DNA of 15,475 nucleotides from a virus (Duplodnaviria; Heunggongvirae; Uroviricota; Caudoviricetes): IMG/VR virus record IMGVR_UViG_2558860274_000003; one strand, 5' to 3'. Shown piece by piece: positions 8,558 to 15,475 of this stretch (position 1 is its first letter; each line of letters starts with the position of its first letter). The notes under the pieces were generated by a model. It saw only the letters and a program-made list of their open reading frames with translations, ran no database searches and was not told where the DNA came from. The position numbers and the translations under genes were made by a program.

Positions 8558-9211
8558 ATGAAATGGTATGAACTGGCTAGATCCAGAATGAAAGAGCTCG
8601 GCATAACTCAAGAGAAGTTAGCCGAAGAGCTAGGTATGACGCAGGGTGGGATTGGACACTGGTTGCGCGGATCTCGTCATCCATCTCTTAGTGATATTGG
8701 TGTGGTGTTTAAATACCTTGGTATTGATAACATATCATTCAACCACGACGGGACATTTTCACCTGTTGGCGAATACTCATCGGCCCCAGTTAAAAAACAA
8801 TATGAGTACCCTGTTTTTTCTCATGTTCAGGCTGGGATGTTCTCTCCAGAACTCAGAACCTTTACCAAAGGCGATGCGGAGAGATTGGTAAGCACAACCA
8901 AAAAAGCCAGTGACTCTGCATTCTGGCTTGAGGTTGAAGGTAACTCAATGACCGCACCAACAGGTTCCAAACCCAGCTTTCCTGACGGGATGTTAATTCT
9001 GGTTGACCCTGAGCAAGCTGTTGAGCCCGGCGATTTCTGCATAGCCAGACTTGGTGGTGATGAATTTACCTTCAAGAAACTGATCAGGGATAGCGGTCAG
9101 GTGTTTCTACAGCCACTAAACCCACAATACCCAATGATCCCATGCAATGAGAGTTGTTCCGTTGTGGGGAAAGTTATCGCCAGCCAATGGCCTGAAGAGA
9201 CGTTTGGGTGA
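8558..9211 (+). CDS. cI: CI-type prophage repressor (217 aa): novel N-terminal HTH fused to a lambda-CI-type C-terminal S24 autocleavage/dimerisation domain
   Basis: The C-terminal about 130 aa ([26 protein letters not shown]...[22 protein letters not shown]) match lambda CI essentially residue for residue as I recall it, including the Ala-Gly cleavage site and Ser/Lys dyad region. The N-terminal HTH ([30 protein letters not shown]) is different. Start chosen at ATG 8558, 7 nt after AAGGA; ATG 8552 is an alternative. Confidence 0.88.
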   Translation: MKWYELARSRMKELGITQEKLAEELGMTQGGIGHWLRGSRHPSLSDIGVVFKYLGIDNISFNHDGTFSPVGEYSSAPVKKQYEYPVFSHVQAGMFSPELRTFTKGDAERLVSTTKKASDSAFWLEVEGNSMTAPTGSKPSFPDGMLILVDPEQAVEPGDFCIARLGGDEFTFKKLIRDSGQVFLQPLNPQYPMIPCNESCSVVGKVIASQWPEETFG

Positions 9212-9250
9212 TGAAACCACTTTTATCTACAATTTACAGGGCGGTAAACA

Positions 9251-9808
9251 TTGGCAAAAATAGATGATTATCAGCCAAGCCAAGTAGAAGTTGATAAAGT
9301 ACTTTATTGTAAAAAAATAGTTAACTTTTCTGGCGTTAAATGGAAACAGAAACCAAGTCGCTCTGATATGTGGCTACAAGCTCATATCATCCCCTTGGAT
9401 GAGGATTGTATACCTATACAAGGGCTAAAGTTTGAACTGAAATGGAAACCAGATCAGGATTCAGAACCTGATGACCCGATTTCTTACCCTAAAATAAATA
9501 TTATTGCTTTCTATCATAACAAGAGGGTTTTCGCGGTAGATACCTATCACTTTGACAAACACACGAATAGTTACAAGGTCGATCATCCGAAGTACCAAGA
9601 TATCATTTACGGTGCTCACTACCATGTATACTATGAAGAAGCTGGATACTATAGTGATAGAATAGCGTTTCCAATCGAAGATGACATAAACCCAGATGAC
9701 CTGGTAGGGTATTGGAATTACTTCTGTAAACATCTGAACATAACTTACTCTGGGAGAATACCTTTACCGCTTGAAGATGAGTCGGGGCAAATGGGGTTTG
9801 GAATATGA
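9251..9808 (+). CDS. Hypothetical protein A (185 aa), acidic, Tyr/His-rich, no recognisable family; first gene of the cI-linked cassette
   Basis: ORF starting 39 nt after the cI stop on the same strand. The only in-frame start near the 5' end is TTG 9251 with a weak upstream AGGG; the next ATG is codon 40 (9368). No hydrophobic segments. Contains a HYHVYYEE motif. The stop overlaps the start of gene B (ATGA at 9805-9808). Confidence 0.55.
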   Translation: MAKIDDYQPSQVEVDKVLYCKKIVNFSGVKWKQKPSRSDMWLQAHIIPLDEDCIPIQGLKFELKWKPDQDSEPDDPISYPKINIIAFYHNKRVFAVDTYHFDKHTNSYKVDHPKYQDIIYGAHYHVYYEEAGYYSDRIAFPIEDDINPDDLVGYWNYFCKHLNITYSGRIPLPLEDESGQMGFGI

Positions 9809-10557
9809 TGTGCTCAACAGTGATCTCACAACTAGGTTTCGAATGCCATCCAATAGGCAAGACCTTGAGAATTATCAGTCCATTCACTTACTGTGATGAT
9901 GGAGAGCATGTCGGTGCCTTTATCCGTGAAGTCAATGGTAGGTATTTAGTTAGTGACAGATGCGATGCCTTAATGAATATGGAGGCAAGAGGGATCTCGC
10001 TTACCAAAAAACGACTTGATGAGATACGACAATTACTGCTTAAAGAAGGCGCAGAACTCAATGCTCGAGGAGAAATCATTGCTTGGGCAACAGAAAAGGA
10101 TGTCGGTGCGATTACATCGAACATAATTAGAGCTGGTATACTCGCATCAACTTTGTCGTTAGACTGGTATCAGCCAGTTCAAGCTGAAAAGTTTGAAAGT
10201 ATGGTTATTGATTATCTATATCACACAGAGCTTAGAGACGCACTTTCTCTTCGTGAAAACGTATATGGCTTGAGTGGACATCAAATTACCGTCCCTGTAA
10301 CAATAAAAACCGACATACCTAAATACGTTTTTACATCAAGCGTGAAACACGGAGGAAGCTGGAATAGTGCTTACTCATTGCTTGGGAAACTAATTGATCT
10401 TAAAGCTTCAAGTGAGGAGTATAACAACAGATTTGTTGTTATAGACAGCGAAGCAATTGGTGATCAAATGCAACAACTCTCCTTACTCTTCCATGAATCA
10501 AGCCAAGTTCTACCATTCTCCAAAAGAGAGACTTGGATTAAGAGACTTGCAGCATAA
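9805..10557 (+). CDS. Hypothetical protein B (250 aa), no recognisable family; second gene of the cI-linked cassette
   Basis: ATG overlaps the stop of gene A (translational coupling). Soluble-looking protein. Immediately followed by a strong intrinsic terminator. Confidence 0.65.
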   Translation: MMCSTVISQLGFECHPIGKTLRIISPFTYCDDGEHVGAFIREVNGRYLVSDRCDALMNMEARGISLTKKRLDEIRQLLLKEGAELNARGEIIAWATEKDVGAITSNIIRAGILASTLSLDWYQPVQAEKFESMVIDYLYHTELRDALSLRENVYGLSGHQITVPVTIKTDIPKYVFTSSVKHGGSWNSAYSLLGKLIDLKASSEEYNNRFVVIDSEAIGDQMQQLSLLFHESSQVLPFSKRETWIKRLAA

Positions 10558-10561
10558 TACA

Positions 10562-10589
10562 ACCCGGCCTCAGCGCCGGGTTTTCTTTG
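10562..10589 (+). terminator. Rho-independent terminator (tImm/tL-like) ending the cI-A-B transcription unit
   Basis: ACCCGGC-CTCAGC-GCCGGGT, a 7-bp GC-rich stem, followed by TTTTCTTTG, 5 nt after the gene B stop. Confidence 0.7.
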
Positions 10590-10776
10590 CCTCACGTTCG
10601 CCCACCTAAAAACACATAACCAATTATATTTATTGAAAAATAAATAGATGCAACCCACTAAACCACGCAATTCTGATCTCTCCTTACATCGCCGAGACAA
10701 TACATCCACGCTAAAAAACAACACTATTAAATACAAAGCGTTATAAAAAACCACGCCAACTTACAACAAATTGTAT

Positions 10777-10811
10777 TGATCTTGTAAATTACATATCGTA
10801 CTATTTAACCG
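10777..10811 (+). promoter_or_regulatory. Candidate PL promoter with overlapping dyads (OL-like)
   Basis: TTGATC (10777-10782), 16-bp spacer, TACTAT (10799-10804). Flanked or overlapped by dyads ACAAATTGT (10766-10774) and TGTAAATTACA (10783-10793). Positioned about 40 nt upstream of nutL. Assignment is by position and motif only. Confidence 0.4.
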
Positions 10812-10849
10812 TCAGCAGGACGCTGGAAGCCAAATGGAACAGACTGGCA

Positions 10850-10895
10850 GGCTCTTTAAACAACGTCGACTCTCGACTACGTGGCTGAAAAGCCA
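10850..10895 (+). promoter_or_regulatory. nutL-like site: boxA (GGCTCTTTAAACAA) + small hairpin (GTCGA-CTC-TCGAC) + boxB-like hairpin (TGGCT-GAAA-AGCCA)
   Basis: Read directly from the sequence. Shares the TACG-T(G/C)GCTGAAAAGC(C/G)A core with the nutR candidate on the other strand. Confidence 0.55.
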
Positions 10896-10920
10896 GATCA
10901 CCCAACCACATAAGCTGTGG

Positions 10921-10968
10921 GATGCAATGCCGAAGCAACCGTCTCAGGAGGAGCTTCGAGATTGCATC
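10921..10968 (+). promoter_or_regulatory. Large stem-loop in the N leader (8-bp outer stem GATGCAAT/ATTGCATC, inner stem CGAAGC/GCTTCG), candidate RNase III processing or translational control structure
   Basis: Perfect outer and inner complementary arms about 25 nt upstream of the N start. Lambda has an RNase III-sensitive structure at the equivalent place in its N leader. Confidence 0.4.
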
Positions 10969-10993
10969 GCCAAAGTTTATTCGGGAGGAATCC

Positions 10994-11266
10994 ATGTCCA
11001 GAAAAACAGAATTTAAAGGCACCGCAGCTTCTCGCCGTAGAGCTCGTCGCGCAAATCTGCAAAGTCAGGAGGCGATCAGCTCCGACAAGCTACACAGGCC
11101 AACCCCTTCACGAGTGGTCTTGCAATGCAAGCGCAAACCAGCAATGAGAGCAGAAGTGATAACTCTGACAACGTTGACCAGAAAATATGAAGGTTCAACT
11201 TGTCTTCCGAACGTAGCTCTTTACGCGGCAGGCTACCGGAAATCAAAACAACTGACGGCGAGATGA
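10994..11266 (+). CDS. N: N-type transcription antiterminator (90 aa)
   Basis: Start ATG 10994 preceded by GGGAGG. N-terminal arginine-rich motif (GTAASRRRARRANLQ) and a C-terminus ...LPNVALYAAGYRKSKQLTAR resembling P22 gp24 (N) as I recall it. First gene after PL/nutL. Confidence 0.8.
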   Translation: MSRKTEFKGTAASRRRARRANLQSQEAISSDKLHRPTPSRVVLQCKRKPAMRAEVITLTTLTRKYEGSTCLPNVALYAAGYRKSKQLTAR

Positions 11267-11282
11267 TAAATTCATTTGCTAA

Positions 11283-11864
11283 TTACTTGTTTTTGCCATG
11301 CTTATCCTGAGCGATAAGTTCATCCATAAGGCTGTCTGCCTTCCCGGCAAACCGAATGTAGCACTCATGTCTATAGCTTTCAGGAATAACAAAACGGTCG
11401 GTATCAGGATATCCAACAGCAGGAGGCCTTCGAACGAGGAGTCCTTTTTTGAGCAATGAAATTGATTCATGAGCTCCCTTTTCCGTTTGTAGCTGGTTAT
11501 TAGCGGCTACAGCGAATGCCAAATACGCTCTTTCTCCAAGAGTTAACGAATCAAACAAATCTTGCACATATTTTTCTTCTTTAGATTTGCGCTTCTGAGC
11601 AGCGGATACCTCAATTCTTTCAGTCACAGCGTGATAAGCGGAATTAACAACGCCGTTAAGCACATAGCTAACGCAGAACAACAGGATGTAATACATCCAA
11701 TAATGAGGAAGGATTTCTGGATTATGCAGGTTTATCCATTCTTTTACGCTTACCGGCATAACAATAATCAATATGATCAGGATGATTAGCATATGAATCA
11801 ACTGTTTAAGTGTCATTCCTTGCAGGAAAAAATGCATTAGTTCCTGCCACCATGAGTTGTTCAT
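11283..11864 (-). CDS. sieB: Superinfection exclusion protein B (SieB), 193 aa, membrane protein
   Basis: MNNSWWQELMHFFLQGMTLKQLIHMLIILIILIIVMPVSVKEWINL... recognised as lambda-type SieB. Convergent with N, as in lambda. Confidence 0.85.
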   Translation of the reverse strand: MNNSWWQELMHFFLQGMTLKQLIHMLIILIILIIVMPVSVKEWINLHNPEILPHYWMYYILLFCVSYVLNGVVNSAYHAVTERIEVSAAQKRKSKEEKYVQDLFDSLTLGERAYLAFAVAANNQLQTEKGAHESISLLKKGLLVRRPPAVGYPDTDRFVIPESYRHECYIRFAGKADSLMDELIAQDKHGKNK

Positions 11865-11884
11865 CGGCGTTTCTCTTTTGCTCT

Positions 11885-11928
11885 CTGTAGGGGTGAATAG
11901 AGTTTATCCGATTTCTCGCTGTAGGGGT
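11885..11928. repeat. Direct repeat TCTC..CTGTAGGGGT(G/A), two copies 34 bp apart (11885-11894 and 11919-11928), upstream of sieB
   Basis: Read directly from the sequence; lies in the sieB / orf28-ral intergenic region. Confidence 0.5.
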
Positions 11929-12007
11929 ACACGAGAACCACCGAGCCTGATGTGGTTAAAAGACAGGCACAATCTTTACTACCGCAATCCACTATTTAAG
12001 GTGATAT

Positions 12008-12094
12008 ATGGAAGAAGAATTTGAAGAGTTCGAAGAGCATCCTCAGGATGTGATGGAACAATACCAGGACTATCCGTATGACTACGACTATTGA
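12008..12094 (+). CDS. Small acidic protein, 28 aa (MEEEFEEFEEHPQDVMEQYQDYPYDYDY), lambda orf28-like
   Basis: ATG preceded by AAGGTGA; overlaps the ral start out of frame. Not in the supplied track because it is under 60 aa. Matches the position and size of lambda orf28 as I recall it. Confidence 0.5.
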   Translation: MEEEFEEFEEHPQDVMEQYQDYPYDYDY

Positions 12095-12278
12095 TAAAAA
12101 TCAATGGTGTGGACAATTCAAGCGATGCAATGGATGCAAGCTGCAATCGGAATGCATGGTTAAGCCTGAAGAAATGTTTCCTGTAATGGAAGATGGGAAA
12201 TATGTCGATAAATGGGCAATACGAACGACGGCAATGATTGCCAGAGAACTTGGTAAACAGAATAACAAGGCTGCCTGA
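12078..12278 (+). CDS. ral: Restriction-alleviation protein Ral (66 aa)
   Basis: MTTTIDKNQWCGQFKRCNGCKLQSECMVKPEEMFPVMEDGKYVDKWAIRTTAMIARELGKQNNKAA recognised as lambda Ral; 201 nt as in lambda. Confidence 0.85.
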   Translation: MTTTIDKNQWCGQFKRCNGCKLQSECMVKPEEMFPVMEDGKYVDKWAIRTTAMIARELGKQNNKAA

Positions 12279-12337
12279 TGGTGGCCTTTATTTTTTGGCC
12301 GTAAATAATTTCATGCTTATTACAATCAAGGGGATAT

Positions 12338-12787
12338 ATGGAAGAACAAGCAAACAAGATTCTCGTAGAACTACTGCAAAAAGCCAGCAATGGAATAGAC
12401 GCGGCTGTTTCATTCAGCCAAGCGCAGATTCCTGATGTTGTTCATCAGTTGCTGCTATGGAATATGGTTGACAGTCTGATTAAAACATTAATAGCCATTC
12501 TAACAATCCCACTGGTTTTCTGGTTTATGAAGAAGCAGTGCCAAAGAGTTGAGACAGGTAAAATCGGTGATGAAGGATACTCATGGGAGAGGGGAAATCC
12601 CAAATACAGGCCGACAATGGTTTGGGATAGCAAAGGAGATATTAACCTTCTTATCATGCCATTGGTTGGAGTTTTGACTCTGTGGGGGATTTTTATTATT
12701 GGTGTAGTAACCAATATGACTTGGTTAAAAATTTGGCTGGCCCCAAAGCTTTACCTTATCGAATATGCAGCATCATTGGTTAAGTAA
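12338..12787 (+). CDS. Hypothetical membrane protein (149 aa), extra gene between ral and ea10
   Basis: ATG preceded by AAGGGGA. Two or three hydrophobic segments (LIKTLIAILTIPLVFWFM; LLIMPLVGVLTLWGIFIIGVVTNMTWL). Lambda has only about 180 bp between ral and ea10, so this is an insertion relative to lambda. Followed by a terminator. Confidence 0.6.
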   Translation: MEEQANKILVELLQKASNGIDAAVSFSQAQIPDVVHQLLLWNMVDSLIKTLIAILTIPLVFWFMKKQCQRVETGKIGDEGYSWERGNPKYRPTMVWDSKGDINLLIMPLVGVLTLWGIFIIGVVTNMTWLKIWLAPKLYLIEYAASLVK

Positions 12788-12791
12788 TTTC

Positions 12792-12818
12792 AGGCCGCAT
12801 AGTCGGCCTTTATTTTTG
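12792..12818 (+). terminator. Rho-independent terminator after the membrane-protein gene
   Basis: AGGCCG-CATAGT-CGGCCT hairpin followed by TTATTTTTGG. Confidence 0.6.
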
Positions 12819-12936
12819 GCATAAACAACAGAATAAACACAGCACTGTGTATTCATTCCAACGAGTGAATACACGGAGCAATGTCGCTCGTAACTAAACA
12901 GGAGCCGACTTGTTCTGATTATTGGAAATCTTCTTT

Positions 12937-12962
12937 GCCCTCTAATGTGAGGGCGATTTTTT
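12937..12962 (+). terminator. Second Rho-independent terminator upstream of ea10
   Basis: GCCCTC-TAATGT-GAGGGC hairpin followed by GATTTTTTAT. Confidence 0.55.
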
Positions 12963-12982
12963 ATCTGTGAGGATATGAACAG

Positions 12983-13195
12983 ATGTCAAACATCAAAAAA
13001 TACATCATTGATTACGACTGGAAAGCATCAATAGAAATTGAAATCGACCATGACGTAATGACAGAGGAAAAACTTCACCAGACTAATAATTTCTGGTCAG
13101 ACTCTGAATACCGACTAAATAAACACGGTTCTTTATTAAATGCTGTATTAATCATGCTGGCGCAACATGCTCTGCTTATAGCAATTTCGAAAGAC
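12983..13195 (+). pseudogene. ea10: ea10, 5' part (codons 1-71), interrupted by IS629
   Basis: MSNIKKYIIDYDWKASIEIEIDHD... runs into the IS terminus; the apparent stop of the 71-aa ORF (TGA 13196-13198) is the first 3 nt of the IS. Confidence 0.8.
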
Positions 13196-13249
13196 TGAAC
13201 CGCCCCGGGAATCCTGGAGACTAAACTTCCTGAGAAAGAGGTAAACAGG

Positions 13250-13572
13250 ATGACTAAAAATACTCGTTTTTCCCCTGAAGTCCGTCAACGGGCAGTCCGT
13301 ATGGTTCTGGAAAGTCAGGGCGAATATGACTCACAATGGGCGACAATTTGTTCCATTGCTCCAAAGATTGGCTGTACGCCGGAGACTCTGCGTGTCTGGG
13401 TTCGCCAGCATGAGCGGGATACCGGGGGCGGTGATGGAGGGCTCACCACCGCTGAACGTCAGCGTCTGAAAGAGCTGGAGCGTGAAAATCGTGAACTGCG
13501 CCGCAGTAACGATATCCTTCGCCAGGCTTCCGCTTATTTTGCGAAGGCGGAGTTCGACCGCCTCTGGAAAAA

Positions 13573-13576
<4 letters not shown>
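13250..13576 (+). CDS. IS629 OrfA (108 aa, HTH)
   Basis: [57 protein letters not shown]... with leucine-zipper tail; ends at the A-rich frameshift window AAAAAATGA. Confidence 0.9.
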
Positions 13577-14466
<890 letters not shown>

Positions 14467-14508
14467 GTTCACAGATAAAACACTCTCCAGGAAACCCGGG
14501 GCGGTTCA

Positions 14509-14667
14509 GACTTAAATGCATATGGTGTTGTGTGTGAGTTCGACTGGAATGATGGAAATGGTCAGGAAGGATGGCCTCCAATGGATGGTAGCGAAGGAAT
14601 AAGAATTACCGATATCGATACATCAGGAATATTTGATTCAGATGATATGACTATCAAAGCCGCCTGA
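14509..14667 (+). pseudogene. ea10: ea10, 3' part (codons 72-122) after the IS629 insertion
   Basis: After removing one copy of the GAC duplication the frame continues LNAYGVVCEFDWNDGNGQEGWPPMDGSEGIRITDIDTSGIFDSDDMTIKAA*. This gives 122 aa in total, the length of lambda Ea10, with the same 72-nt gap to cIII as in lambda. Confidence 0.75.
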
Positions 14668-14739
14668 GCGCGGCGTTACCGCATACCAATTAAGCTTCAC
14701 TCGAGGCGTTTTTCGTTATGTATAAATAAGGAGCACACC

Positions 14740-14904
14740 ATGCAATATGCCATTGCAGGGTGGCCTGTTGCTGGCTGCCCTTCCGAATCTTTACTTGAAC
14801 GAATCACCCGTAAATTACGTGACGGATGGAAACGCCTTATCGACATACTTAATCAGCCAGGAGTCCCGAAAAATGGATCAAACACTTATGGCTATCCAGA
14901 CTAA
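14740..14904 (+). CDS. cIII: CIII, FtsH inhibitor that stabilises CII (54 aa)
   Basis: ATG 14740 preceded by TAAGGAG. Translation [54 protein letters not shown] matches lambda CIII. Absent from the supplied track because it is under 60 aa. Confidence 0.88.
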   Translation: MQYAIAGWPVAGCPSESLLERITRKLRDGWKRLIDILNQPGVPKNGSNTYGYPD

Positions 14905-15016
14905 ATTCACTATCGCCACTTTTATTGGCGATGAAAAGATGTTTCGTGAGGCCGTCGACGCTTATAAAAAATGGATATTAATACAGAAACTGAGATCAAG
15001 CAAAAGCATTCACTAA
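14873..15016 (+). CDS. kil: Kil, host-killing FtsZ inhibitor (47 aa)
   Basis: Internal Met of the 89-aa track [50 protein letters not shown] matches lambda Kil. It overlaps the cIII end and the gam start with the same geometry as lambda (46-nt overlap with gam). Confidence 0.82.
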   Translation: MDQTLMAIQTKFTIATFIGDEKMFREAVDAYKKWILIQKLRSSKSIH

Positions 15017-15180
15017 CCCCCTTTCCTGTTTTCCTAATCAGCCCGGCATTTCGCGGGCGATATTTTCACAGCTATTTCAGGAGTTCAGCCATGAACGCTT
15101 ATTACATTCAGGATCGTCTTGAGGCTCAGAGCTGGACGCGTCACTACCAGCAGATCGCCCGTGAAGAGAAAGAGGCAGAA
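14971..15180 (+). pseudogene. gam: gam, 5' fragment (about 70 codons), fused by deletion to integrase 3' sequence
   Basis: [68 protein letters not shown] matches the lambda Gam N-terminus. The sequence then diverges into 18 unrelated codons and a stop (15238). Confidence 0.8.
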
Positions 15181-15475
15181 GATGCGCATCGACAGCAAGA
15201 CATCATGGCTATCAGCTTGTCGTCGTGCAGGAATTGAAGATTTCCGTTTCCATGACCTCAGACACACCTGGGCAAGCTGGCTGATTCAGTCAGGCGTCCC
15301 ATTATCAGTGCTTCAGGAAATGGGCGGATGGGAGTCCATAGAAATGGTTCGTAGGTATGCTCACCTTGCGCCTAATCATTTGACAGAGCATGCGAGGAAA
15401 ATAGACGACATTTTTGGTGATAATGTCCCAAATATGTCCCACTCTGGAATTATGGAGGATATAAAGAAGGCGTAA
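15181..15475 (+). pseudogene. int: Tyrosine recombinase (phage integrase) 3' fragment, about 98 codons including the catalytic H-x-x-R and Tyr
   Basis: In the frame of the 118-aa track ORF, the sequence after the junction reads ...[51 protein letters not shown]...KKA*, the conserved C-terminal catalytic region of tyrosine integrases. There is no N-terminal or core-binding domain upstream; the first about 20 codons of the track ORF are gam DNA out of frame. Stop is the last codon of the window. Confidence 0.75.

Noticed and set aside
8228-8611. Long (127-aa) version of the cro ORF
   Set aside because: The N-terminal extension is hydrophobic low-complexity sequence reading across the operator region and the cI start; the internal ATG with a GGAGGG SD gives a canonical 71-aa Cro.
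8646-9075. ORFs 8646-8891 (+) and 8827-9075 (-) inside cI
   Set aside because: Out-of-frame or antisense overlaps with the repressor gene.
9461-10124. Three minus-strand ORFs antisense to cassette genes A and B
   Set aside because: Antisense to longer, translationally coupled ORFs; no start signals.
10464-10754. 96-aa minus-strand ORF spanning the gene B 3' end and the terminator
   Set aside because: Reads through an intrinsic terminator hairpin and the PL-upstream region; no RBS.
10801-11147. ORFs in the N leader (73 aa minus; 60 aa and 76 aa plus) and the longer 114-aa N ORF
   Set aside because: The region contains nutL and a large leader stem-loop; the N start at 10994 has a GGGAGG SD. 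The others are out of frame or antisense.
11279-11789. ORFs 11279-11470 (-) and 11562-11789 (+) overlapping sieB
   Set aside because: Alternative-frame or antisense overlaps with sieB.
11885-11928. CRISPR array
   Set aside because: Only two short direct repeats, no regular repeat-spacer periodicity; nothing CRISPR-like anywhere in the window.
12160-12714. ORFs 12160-12390 (-), 12238-12435 (+), 12445-12714 (-) overlapping ral and the membrane-protein gene
   Set aside because: Antisense or out of frame relative to better-supported genes.
14747-15016. 89-aa track ORF as a single gene
   Set aside because: Its first 42 codons are an out-of-frame read of cIII; the real product is Kil from the internal Met at 14873.
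15119-15180. First about 20 codons of the 118-aa track ORF as integrase sequence
   Set aside because: They are gam DNA read in a different frame upstream of the deletion junction; the integrase-derived sequence starts near 15181 and has no start codon of its own.
15085-15267. 60-aa minus-strand ORF across the gam-int junction
   Set aside because: Antisense and spanning a deletion junction.

Overview
This window reads as an E. coli-type chromosomal segment carrying ompT and the AraC-family regulator appY, followed by a heavily decayed lambdoid prophage lying in reverse phage orientation. From left to right: a tail-fibre-assembly remnant; a leucine-rich-repeat (LRR) protein gene whose 3' end is replaced by IS2; an IS2 / IS66-family block sitting where the replication, lysis and morphogenesis genes should be; an apparently intact immunity region (cro <- OR -> cI); a translationally coupled two-gene cassette of proteins I cannot assign to any family, in the slot lambda uses for rexAB; a tL-like terminator; PL and nutL; an N-type antiterminator; sieB; orf28; ral; an extra membrane-protein gene; ea10 split by an IS629-like element with a 3-bp target duplication; cIII; kil; and gam joined by deletion to the 3' end of an integrase gene. 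The most interesting feature is the cI-linked two-gene cassette (9251-10557), a candidate prophage-encoded exclusion or defence module. All protein identifications come from reading the supplied translations and recalling known sequences; no database search was run. The IS629/IS66 content is reminiscent of EHEC-type genomes, but that is speculation.
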